Positions 22,870 to 30,975 of a stretch of 64,000 nucleotides of DNA are shown here, in pieces (within the stretch, counting starts at the first letter, position 1; every line of letters begins with the position of its first letter). The position numbers and the translations under genes were made by a program. Under the pieces are notes generated by a model. It was not told the origin of the DNA and did not search any database. It saw only the letters and a list, made by a program, of their open reading frames with translations. This DNA is from Kiritimatiellales bacterium (GTDB lineage Bacteria; Verrucomicrobiota; Kiritimatiellia; Kiritimatiellales; Tichowtungiaceae), in assembly GCA_037141075.1 (NCBI GenBank), contig JBAXDG010000001.1, positions 1,811-65,810 on the forward strand. Reading direction: 5' to 3'.

Positions 22870-22933
22870 GCTTGGCGGCGCAAGGCAATCGGCTAAGCTG
22901 ACTCGGGACAGGAAATAATCGGAGCAGTATCTT

Positions 22934-23335
22934 ATGATAAGAAGCTGGAAAGAGATGCCGAAATATTTCAGAGGTCTGGTGGTCGCCCTGTTGCTGGTGG
23001 TGATTGTGCAGTATGTACTGATGACGGGTCTGGTTCGTCCGGTTGGCGGGGTTTTTCTGGCCTTGCAGATTTTTTGCTATCTGCTGCTGGCAGCGGCCTT
23101 GTTGCGCGGCTTCATCGAACGCTCTCGGCTGGCCTGGCTGGTCGCTCAGATCATGCTGACCGCTTTGTTTGATTTTTCTCTGCTTTTCGCCGCCATCAGC
23201 GCGGTGTTTTCTCTGAAAACCGACAGTCTCTGGATTATGGTTGGTTCCGCTGTGGCAACTACTGTCTTAAATGGACTGTTGATGGTCCTCTTATTCGTGA
23301 TCCCGGTTCGCAACTACTTTCGCCCCTTGGACTGA
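22934..23335 (+). CDS. Small integral membrane protein
   Basis: Four hydrophobic segments; RBS-like GGAG upstream. Confidence 0.6.
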   Translation: MIRSWKEMPKYFRGLVVALLLVVIVQYVLMTGLVRPVGGVFLALQIFCYLLLAAALLRGFIERSRLAWLVAQIMLTALFDFSLLFAAISAVFSLKTDSLWIMVGSAVATTVLNGLLMVLLFVIPVRNYFRPLD

Positions 23336-23420
23336 AGATGAATAAGGGCGGTCGCTTTGCCGCACAAATGCCGCGTTCGCGGGCTTGATGCTGTGCCCCG
23401 ATCTCTTTACTATCAAGCCC

Positions 23421-24239
23421 ATGCAAGCGATCAGTCAGGCACTTCTTGATGAGGCGGTTTTGGCGGTGAAAAAAGCCTGGCCGCAGGCGAAACCGCGGCT
23501 CGGCATTATTCTCGGTTCCGGCTGGGGCGGGGCGGTCGCAGATTTCACCGTTAAGGCGGCTCTCCCTTACGACAAAGTTCCAAACCTTGGAAGAACCGGT
23601 GCGCCGGGCCATGCCGGAACGTTGCTTCATGCTGAACTTGGCGGAACGGAACTTTTTATTTTCCAGGGTCGGCGTCACGTCTATGAGGGCGAGGGCTGGG
23701 CGCCGGTCGTTCTGCCGGTCTGGCTGTTGAAACAGTTTGGCGCGCAGGCCGTGCTGCTCACCAATGCCTCCGGCGGCATCCGCGACGATCTGCGCCCCGG
23801 CACGCTGATGGCGATTGAAGACCACATCAATATGCTCGGTGGCAATCCGCTCGCCGGTTCGCACAATCCAGCGTTCGGCGACCGCTTTCCCGATCAGACC
23901 GCGGTTTATGATCACGACCTGCGTCAGGCGCTGATGGCGGCGGGCGCGGATGCTTCCGGCGTTTATCTCGCGACCGACGGGCCGACTTTTGAAACGCCGG
24001 CCGAGATTCGCGCCTTCCGCGCGCTCGGCGTCGATGCGGTTGGTATGTCCACTGTGCCGGAAGCGATTTTTGCCAACGCACTTGGGCTGCGGGTTGCCGG
24101 GCTTTCCTGCATCTGCAACTGGGCGGCTGGACTTGGAGATGACAAACTGTCAGCCGAAGATGTTTTATGTACAGCAAAAGAAGCCATGCCGCGCATGCGG
24201 TCAGTCATAAGGAGCTTTGTCGAAAAATGCGGATATTAA
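23421..24239 (+). CDS. punA: Purine nucleoside phosphorylase (PNP/XapA type)
   Basis: ILGSGWG, GHAG, QGRRHVYEG, TNASGG, DHIN, GPTFETPAE, VGMSTVPE. Confidence 0.93.
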   Translation: MQAISQALLDEAVLAVKKAWPQAKPRLGIILGSGWGGAVADFTVKAALPYDKVPNLGRTGAPGHAGTLLHAELGGTELFIFQGRRHVYEGEGWAPVVLPVWLLKQFGAQAVLLTNASGGIRDDLRPGTLMAIEDHINMLGGNPLAGSHNPAFGDRFPDQTAVYDHDLRQALMAAGADASGVYLATDGPTFETPAEIRAFRALGVDAVGMSTVPEAIFANALGLRVAGLSCICNWAAGLGDDKLSAEDVLCTAKEAMPRMRSVIRSFVEKCGY

Positions 24240-24883
24240 ATCAACTGTTTGAAAACAACCGGAACTGGGCGCGGAGCATTGTTGAAAAGGATCCGGAGTT
24301 TTTTAAAAAGCTCTTGAACCAGCAGTCTCCGCAATATCTTTGGATCGGCTGCTCGGACAGCCGCGTGCCTGCCAACGAAATTATTGGCCTGCAACCGGGC
24401 GAAGTATTTGTCCATCGCAACATCGCCAACATGGTGGTTCATACCGACATGAACTGTTTGTCGGTGATTCAGTACGCCGTCGATTTCCTGAAGGTGAAAC
24501 ACATCATCGTTTGCGGACACTACGGCTGCGGAGGCGTGGAGGGCGCGATGGATAACCGTCCGCAAGGGCTGGTGGATAACTGGCTACGGCACATCCGCGA
24601 CATCTACCAGAAACATGAACTGGTGCTCGACCGCATCGCCGACTTGAAACGCCGCAGTGATAAACTTTGCGAACTGAACGTCATCGAGCAGGTTTCCAAC
24701 GTCTGCCATACCACCATTGTTCAGGAGGCCTGGAAGCGCGGGCAGGAACTGGCGGTGCATGGCTGGGTTTACGGACTCCAGAACGGACTGCTGCGCGACC
24801 TGCACGTCTGCGTCCGCAAGGCGGACGAGCTCTCGTCCATCTACCGCATGGCCGTTGACGAAGAGCTCGAAGAAAAAGAGTAA
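24227..24883 (+). CDS. can: Beta-class carbonic anhydrase
   Basis: WIGCSDSRVP, GEVFVHRNIAN, CGHYGCGGV. Confidence 0.96.
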   Translation: MRILNQLFENNRNWARSIVEKDPEFFKKLLNQQSPQYLWIGCSDSRVPANEIIGLQPGEVFVHRNIANMVVHTDMNCLSVIQYAVDFLKVKHIIVCGHYGCGGVEGAMDNRPQGLVDNWLRHIRDIYQKHELVLDRIADLKRRSDKLCELNVIEQVSNVCHTTIVQEAWKRGQELAVHGWVYGLQNGLLRDLHVCVRKADELSSIYRMAVDEELEEKE

Positions 24884-24888
24884 AGTCG

Positions 24889-24933
24889 GGTAGGGACGGC
24901 TCGCCGCGCCGCTTTCGGCGAAAACGCCCTACC
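24889..24933. repeat. REP-like hairpin between convergent can and dapB
   Basis: GGTAGGGACG...CGCCCTACC, a GTAG-headed stem filling the intergenic space. Confidence 0.5.
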
Positions 24934-24934
24934 T

Positions 24935-25747
24935 TTAAAGCCCCAGCACATTCTGCATGTTATAAAGGCCGGGCTTCTGCTGAACCACCCATGCGGCGGC
25001 GTTAAGCGCGCCGACGGCGAAGGTTTCGCGGCTGGTCGCCCGGTGCGAAAGTTCGATCATCTCGCCGGTTCCGGCCATCAGTACCGTGTGGTCGCCGACA
25101 ATGTCGCCGCCGCGCACCGCATGAAATCCGATTTCCTCTTTAGTCCGCGCGCCGGACATACCGGTGCGTCCGTCCACCTGTGACTTTTTCAGATCGAGAC
25201 CCGCGCCGTCGGCGGCGGCCTTGCCAAGCATCAGCGCCGTACCGCTCGGAGCGTCTTTTTTCTGGTTATGGTGACGTTCGATCACTTCAATATCATAGCC
25301 TTTGGCGTGCAGCGCCTTCGCCGCTTCTTTGACGAGGTTGCAGAGCAGGTTGATGCCGAGGCTCATATTGCCGGCCATCACCACCGGAACTTTTTTCGCG
25401 GCTTTATTCACTTCCGTCAGCTCGCCGTCGGAGAGACCGGTCGTGCCGATCACCCAGGCGGTTTTCCATCCGGCAATACGTTCGGCGTTTCCCGAGGTTC
25501 CGAAGTGCGAGGTGAAATCGATGATAACGTCCGCGCCCGGCGCAACGGCGGCGAGGTCGGTCGTTAGTTTGACGCCCGCTTCTTTAGTTCCGGCAGCCAG
25601 TCCGGCGTCTTTTCCAATGTCTGGAACGTCCCAAAGGTCAATCGCCCCCGCCAGTTCAAGTCCGGCGACTTTCTGTTCCTGAATGCAGCGGATCAGCGTT
25701 TTGCCCATGCGGCCTGCCGCGCCCTGAATAACAACTTTGATGCTCAT
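24935..25747 (-). CDS. dapB: 4-hydroxy-tetrahydrodipicolinate reductase
   Basis: GAAGRMG, IGTTG, ERHHNQKKDAPSGTA, RGGDIVGDH. Confidence 0.96.
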   Translation of the reverse strand: MSIKVVIQGAAGRMGKTLIRCIQEQKVAGLELAGAIDLWDVPDIGKDAGLAAGTKEAGVKLTTDLAAVAPGADVIIDFTSHFGTSGNAERIAGWKTAWVIGTTGLSDGELTEVNKAAKKVPVVMAGNMSLGINLLCNLVKEAAKALHAKGYDIEVIERHHNQKKDAPSGTALMLGKAAADGAGLDLKKSQVDGRTGMSGARTKEEIGFHAVRGGDIVGDHTVLMAGTGEMIELSHRATSRETFAVGALNAAAWVVQQKPGLYNMQNVLGL

Positions 25748-25891
25748 AGTGTTTCTCCGTTGGCAGTTTTTACAGAAGGAAACGAAGGAATGAAAGTTGT
25801 TTTCCAAAAAGGCTGGCGGTCAGGGCGCGGAACCGGAAAGATGTGCGCCCGAATTTGACCCATATCCAATAACGAATAACAGGTGCTCCTT

Positions 25892-26986
25892 ATGTCTTTT
25901 GAAAGCGGTTCCATCAGTTTCCGAATGTTTTATGTGCCCGGCAAAGTGCCGCCGGATATCCACGAAAAGTTTGCCGCCGACGTGCTTGGCTCGGTGGACT
26001 ACCTGCTCGACGAAGAGCTTCACGGCTGGGTCGGCCCGCGCCATCTGCTCGACCGCGACATCAACGAAGGCTCGGCGTGGCCGTCCGGGTTCCTGCGCCT
26101 GACGCTGACGCAGGCCCAGCGCAAAATTCCCGCCTCGCTCCTGCGCGCCGAGTGCCGCATGGAAGAACTGGCCCGTATGCAGGCCGAGCATCGCGACTAC
26201 GTCAACCGCGCCACCCGCAGCGAAATTAAAAAACAGGTAACAGAGCGACTGCTGCCAACCATGCCGCCGCAGCTCAAAGGGATCGACTTTTGCTGCGATC
26301 CTAAAGAAAAAATTCTCTACGCCTCCGCGCTTTCCGAAACACAGCTCGACGCTTTCCTGATCAACTTTGGCAAAACCACCGGCATCAAACTGATTCCGGT
26401 CGAACCGGTTTCCGCCGCATGGAGCGAGGCGCGCTGCCGCGCCGACCAGTGGTCGCCGTGGAGCTTCGCCGCTGAACAGTGGGCCGACTGCGCTCCTGGC
26501 CGCGAATTTTTGATGTGGCTCTGGTTTATGTCCGAAGCCAAAGGTGGCGAAGTGGAGCTGCCTGAAGGCGGAACCTTTGCTGTGCTGGTCGAAGGTCCGC
26601 TGCTGTTCGATCAGGAAGAACAGGGCGAGACTGCCATCCGCAAAGGCGAGCCGATGCTCAGCGCCGAAACACGCGCCGCGCTGCTTAGCGGTAAAAAGCT
26701 GCGCCGCGCAAAGCTCACGCTGGCGCGCGGCGAAGAGTGCTGGACCGTCACGCTCGACGCCGACTCATTCGTCTTCCGCGGCATCAAACTTCCGCCGACC
26801 GAAGCCATCGATGCCGAAGGCCGCTTTCAGGAACGGATGGAAATGATTGAAACATTCCGGCAGGCTTTCCTCGGCCTTTATTGCACCTTCGTCAAACTGC
26901 GCGACGACAAAGCCGCATGCAAAAAACTCGACGCCGAAATGAAAGCCTGGATGTCCGCCCGCCCGTCCCGCAAACTCGTTGAGTAG
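25892..26986 (+). CDS. RdgC-like (recombination-associated) protein
   Basis: HGWVGP..., RKIPASLLR..., EIKKQVTERLLP resemble the RdgC N-terminal pattern; recognition from memory only. Confidence 0.6.
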   Translation: MSFESGSISFRMFYVPGKVPPDIHEKFAADVLGSVDYLLDEELHGWVGPRHLLDRDINEGSAWPSGFLRLTLTQAQRKIPASLLRAECRMEELARMQAEHRDYVNRATRSEIKKQVTERLLPTMPPQLKGIDFCCDPKEKILYASALSETQLDAFLINFGKTTGIKLIPVEPVSAAWSEARCRADQWSPWSFAAEQWADCAPGREFLMWLWFMSEAKGGEVELPEGGTFAVLVEGPLLFDQEEQGETAIRKGEPMLSAETRAALLSGKKLRRAKLTLARGEECWTVTLDADSFVFRGIKLPPTEAIDAEGRFQERMEMIETFRQAFLGLYCTFVKLRDDKAACKKLDAEMKAWMSARPSRKLVE

Positions 26987-27023
26987 AGAGTTTGAAACGC
27001 AAACTTGCCGTCCCGGCGCACAC

Positions 27024-27485
27024 CTATTTAAAAAACCGGATGGAGCAGGGATATGGCCAGACTTCACCGTTGCCGGCTTTGATGGCGCCGATGATCGGGA
27101 AGACGATTCCGAGTACGCCGAGTATAAACAGCAGGGGAAAGCCGATCAGGATAAAACAGAGCGGGATGATAATGAGCAGCAGGATGAATTCGGTGAAAAT
27201 CCAGTTCATGACAATTCGGCCGTGCCGGTCGATGACAGCGGATTCATCTTTTTTGACCTGCCAGAGGACGAGAGGAACGATCAGTCCGGCCAGCGGAAGA
27301 ACGTAGGCCATGAATTGGGAGAGATGGAGGAACAGCCCCCAGGTGTTTACGTCCAGCGCGGGACGCGGTTCAGTTGGTGCGGGTTTTGCCAGCAGGGATT
27401 CTTTGGCATCCTGATATTCCTGTTCGGAGATGGCGCCGGACTGTTTGAGGTCGTTTAATTTCTGAATCTCGTCGGCAAGGCTCAT
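27024..27485 (-). CDS. SHOCT + DUF4870-type membrane protein
   Basis: EIQKLNDLKQSGAISEQEYQDAKESLL (SHOCT) then LHLSQF...PLVLWQVKKDES..IDRHGRIVMNW...WPYP. Confidence 0.8.
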   Translation of the reverse strand: MSLADEIQKLNDLKQSGAISEQEYQDAKESLLAKPAPTEPRPALDVNTWGLFLHLSQFMAYVLPLAGLIVPLVLWQVKKDESAVIDRHGRIVMNWIFTEFILLLIIIPLCFILIGFPLLFILGVLGIVFPIIGAIKAGNGEVWPYPCSIRFFK

Positions 27486-27595
27486 GATGTCTCCTTGAAT
27501 AGTTGGCAGAACGGCCCGTTCTTAACACGTCGGCAGTCGCCGGGCAATAAAGAGATTTTCCAATGACTGGAAAGCCGTTAGGATGACGGCCTGAT

Positions 27596-28603
27596 ATGAA
27601 AGCTCTGCGAAACATTGCTATCGGTCTGATGTTATTTGCCCTGACTGTTTTCGTTGCGGTTGCGGTGGTGACGACGAATGTCCGCGCGATGGAGTTTGTT
27701 GTCCGTCAGGTTTTACAGCGCACCGCCAAAGAGGTGCAGGCCTTCAGTCTCGGTTCGCTGGTCTATTCGTTTCCGTCGAGCTGGACGCTCGGCGATGTGC
27801 GCGCCACGGTGCTGTCAAAGGGTAAGCCGGCGCTGATTTATGCCGGTCAGGTTGAGCTGAAGGATGTGTTTCATCTGCTGACGGATGGAAAACACGCTCA
27901 GGTGAATGTTTCCGGTGCTGAAGCGTCTTATGACCAGCTCAAGGTGCGCGGTGCTTCGTGCGCTGTGGATTTGAGCAGGGTGACGAACGGAATTTTCTAT
28001 CGCGGGAATATTCTGCTGGCGGACGTTTTGCAGGAGCCGTTCAGTATATCGGATTTAAAAACGGATTTCGTCGGCAACGAGCAGTCGGTGGTGCTGAGTA
28101 ATTTGTCGGCGGCGGTTTACGGCGGGCGGCTGTCCGGCACGGCGGTTTTCACGATCCCGGAGAGTTATGATGTCGATCTGGCTCTGCAAGAAGTCGATTC
28201 CGGCGAGCTGGAACGCGCCATGGGCGGGGTTTTTCGCGAACTGGGTGGTAAATTGTCCGGACAGTTGCATGTGGCTGGATCCGGCCAGCGCATAGACCTG
28301 TTCGACACTTCATGGAACATGCCGTCGGGCGGGGCGGTCAGTGCGGATCTTTTGTCGTCCATCACGCGCTACATTCCCGATTCGGTTCAAAAGAAGCGGA
28401 TCGACTTTTTGATCCGTTCCGGCGGAAAGCTTGCGGTAGAATCTTTTTTGTTTACACTGAAGAACGATTCGCCGGAGCAGTTGAGCGGGGAGATCGGCAT
28501 TAAGAGCCGCGAGGCGAATCTGGAACTGAATGTGACGCATGAGATACGGGTGGATGCGCGGATCGATTCGCTGTTGCAGGCCTGGCAGGCGGTGTTTAAG
28601 TGA
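27596..28603 (+). CDS. AsmA/YdbH-like protein (short form)
   Basis: N-terminal anchor, beta-rich repeats (YGGRLSG, GKLSGQLH) and position before ynbE/ydbL-like genes. Confidence 0.55.
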   Translation: MKALRNIAIGLMLFALTVFVAVAVVTTNVRAMEFVVRQVLQRTAKEVQAFSLGSLVYSFPSSWTLGDVRATVLSKGKPALIYAGQVELKDVFHLLTDGKHAQVNVSGAEASYDQLKVRGASCAVDLSRVTNGIFYRGNILLADVLQEPFSISDLKTDFVGNEQSVVLSNLSAAVYGGRLSGTAVFTIPESYDVDLALQEVDSGELERAMGGVFRELGGKLSGQLHVAGSGQRIDLFDTSWNMPSGGAVSADLLSSITRYIPDSVQKKRIDFLIRSGGKLAVESFLFTLKNDSPEQLSGEIGIKSREANLELNVTHEIRVDARIDSLLQAWQAVFK

Positions 28604-28616
28604 AGGAGGAGATCGA

Positions 28617-28787
28617 ATGAAATATCTTTTGTTGGCGGCTGTGCTGATGTGCTGCGCCGGATGCACGGTAAAGGCGGTGGGCGATCCCAACCGTCCGATT
28701 ACGATTAATGCGCACGTGACCATTGATATTAAAGGGCTGGAGAAGACGGCTTCCGGCATTGAAGATTATGTCAGCAGTGGAAAATAA
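28617..28787 (+). CDS. ynbE: YnbE-like small lipoprotein
   Basis: Lipobox CAGC followed by PITINAHVTIDI. Confidence 0.7.
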   Translation: MKYLLLAAVLMCCAGCTVKAVGDPNRPITINAHVTIDIKGLEKTASGIEDYVSSGK

Positions 28788-28799
28788 AGGAGCAACCTC

Positions 28800-29195
28800 A
28801 TGAAAAAGCTGTTTATGGTTTGTGTATTGATTTGCGCGGCGGCGGCCACGGCTCCGGCGCAGGCGACGTATGACATTAAGGAAATGACCCCGGCGGTGAA
28901 GTCGGCTCTCGACGGCCGCAAGGCGCGTTTCGCCGAACTGAAGACGTTGAAAACGCAGGGCGTTGTTGGCGAGAACAATCGCGGCTACGTCCAGGCGCTG
29001 GTCGGCGATAAATCGGCGAAGGCACTGGTTGCCGCCGAGAACAAAGACCGCAAGCAGGTGTACGAAGCGATTGTTGAGCAGAACAAGCTCGGTTCAGGAG
29101 CGCTGGCGACGGTTGAGGCGGTCTTTGCGCGAGTTCAGCGTGATAAGGCGGAGCCCGGCGAAAAAGTTCAGGACGCTTCCGGAGGTTGGAACTAA
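28800..29195 (+). CDS. ydbL: YdbL/DUF1318-family protein
   Basis: Signal peptide; GVVGENNRGY, VAAENKDRKQVY, A..GEKVQ..SGGW. Confidence 0.8.
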   Translation: MKKLFMVCVLICAAAATAPAQATYDIKEMTPAVKSALDGRKARFAELKTLKTQGVVGENNRGYVQALVGDKSAKALVAAENKDRKQVYEAIVEQNKLGSGALATVEAVFARVQRDKAEPGEKVQDASGGWN

Positions 29196-29216
29196 GACCG
29201 CATCAGAAGGCCGCCG

Positions 29217-29684
29217 TTACGGCAACAGCTCGACGGCGACCTTGATGACGACCTTTTTGACGGGCTGTGGAGAGTCTCCGGCCATGAGGCAGGGCATGTG
29301 GGCGTCTTCCGGGAGAAAGACAACGAACTGGCCGGGGCTCAACGTGACCTTTGCACGGGTTTCCGGCGGAACCTGATAGAACTCAGCATCCTTTTCCGGA
29401 TTGTAGGGCGTACTGACCGTCAGATCCTGCAGCTGGAAAACTTCGATGACCTCCTCGCCGCTCAGAAGCACTTGAATATCCACGTATTTGCGGTGCGTTT
29501 CCAGTTTGGCGGCGGCGCGGGATTTTGTTTCGTAACAGTCCACGCCGGCGAACAGATGGTCGCCCTGAATCAGCCGTTTTCCTGTTTCTGTTTCCGGTGT
29601 GAGCGTTTCTAAAAAATCAAATGCGGCTTTCCATGCCGGGCCGAGGGGATAGAGCGAATGGTTTTTTATGGAATCTACAATCAT
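29217..29684 (-). CDS. YhcH/YjgK/YiaL (DUF386) family protein
   Basis: LETHRKYVDIQ, YNPEKDAEFY, FVVFLPEDAHMP, VKKVVIKV. Confidence 0.9.
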   Translation of the reverse strand: MIVDSIKNHSLYPLGPAWKAAFDFLETLTPETETGKRLIQGDHLFAGVDCYETKSRAAAKLETHRKYVDIQVLLSGEEVIEVFQLQDLTVSTPYNPEKDAEFYQVPPETRAKVTLSPGQFVVFLPEDAHMPCLMAGDSPQPVKKVVIKVAVELLP

Positions 29685-29686
29685 GA

Positions 29687-30820
29687 TTATCCTTTGATGA
29701 TCTGTTGCGGATGTATCGGGTGAACAAAGATGGCTTTCCCGTTGCGGACGGCGGGACAGTTCTGCTCGCACCCGCCGCAGCCGCGGCACGCTTCCTCGAT
29801 TACGATCGGGCAGGCAATATCACCATTCATCTGCGTTTCAAATGCCTGATAAGGGCAGAACTCATCGCAGACCATGCAGTATTCATTGTCGGCCCATGCC
29901 AGACATTTATCCTTTTCGATTTTGGCCGTTCCGATCTTGACCTGCCGTTTAGTCTTTTCAGTCAGTTTTCGGATGGCACCGGTCGGGCAAACTTCCGTGC
30001 ACCGGGTGCAGAACTCGTTGCAAACGCCTTTGTCGAAGAAAAGTTCGGGCATGAAGAGTTCGTTCAGGCCTCCGCCTGCTTTGACGCGGATGATTTTTGC
30101 GGGGCAGACGCTGACGCAGGCGTAACAGCGCGTGCAGGTTTCCGCGAACTGTTCTGTTGCCCCAGGCGGCAGGATCGACGGTTTGGCGGAACTTTTTCCG
30201 AGCTTCGGAAGGATTAGCGCGGCCGGAATGCCGATGCCGAGTCCGGCGATAAACTGCCGGCGGTCGCGGTTAAAAACCCGTTTGGTGTTTTTGACATTCA
30301 CGAGGTCAAAACAGTAACCGAGCGGGCAGAGGTGTGTACACCATACCTGCGGCTGAAAAAAGCTGAGCAGCAGAAAGATCGGAACCAGCAATCCGGGAAT
30401 CCACGCGGACCACGCACCAATCCGGCTGAAGGTGGAAAGAGGATCAAGAAAGAGCAGAGCGGGCAGGCCGAGCGCGGAGGCCGAAATGACGATCCAGAAA
30501 ATCAGCGCGTTCAGGCGGATCGGCAGAATTTTCTTTTTGAGGCTGAGTTTCTGCGGCAGGGCGTAGATTGTGCCGAGAGGACAGAGCCACTGGCAGAAAA
30601 AGCGGCCTTTCCAGACCGCCAGCGACAGCACCGCCAGCGGAGGAATCGCCCAGAAAAGCCCAGCATACCATGAGCGCTGTGCAACAGACTCGGCCAGCAA
30701 GGCCAACGGACTCAGCGCCGGAACAATCCGATCCATCCAGACCGGAAGCGGCCCGCCGATGGCGAAAAACAAAGCGGCCGCCAGCAGGAGCAGGCGGATA
30801 ATCCAGCGGACGGTTTTCAT
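29687..30820 (-). CDS. Membrane 4Fe-4S binding protein (NapH/MauN-like fused to NapG/MauM-like polyferredoxin)
   Basis: FFCQWLCPLG and WCTHLCPLG membrane motifs, then four CxxCxxC..CP clusters. Confidence 0.88.
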   Translation of the reverse strand: MKTVRWIIRLLLLAAALFFAIGGPLPVWMDRIVPALSPLALLAESVAQRSWYAGLFWAIPPLAVLSLAVWKGRFFCQWLCPLGTIYALPQKLSLKKKILPIRLNALIFWIVISASALGLPALLFLDPLSTFSRIGAWSAWIPGLLVPIFLLLSFFQPQVWCTHLCPLGYCFDLVNVKNTKRVFNRDRRQFIAGLGIGIPAALILPKLGKSSAKPSILPPGATEQFAETCTRCYACVSVCPAKIIRVKAGGGLNELFMPELFFDKGVCNEFCTRCTEVCPTGAIRKLTEKTKRQVKIGTAKIEKDKCLAWADNEYCMVCDEFCPYQAFETQMNGDIACPIVIEEACRGCGGCEQNCPAVRNGKAIFVHPIHPQQIIKG

Positions 30821-30975
30821 GGGAAATCCTTTTGTCATGAGTTTGGCGCGCAGTGTATCGGAGTTTTTCCGAGGGCTGAACAGGAAATAATTTTTCTTTT
30901 TCTAAAATAAACGGGTAGGCTTCCCCGTTATTTACCAGTTTGTTGCCAGGTCACTTAAAAGAGGCGGGGTGAATT

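Noticed and set aside
27486-27595. The palindrome as an ordinary transcription-factor operator (copies also lie in the intergenic regions at 44308 and 59121)
   Set aside because: Twenty of 25 copies are inside coding regions of unrelated pathways, which does not fit a regulon; a secondary regulatory role is not excluded.
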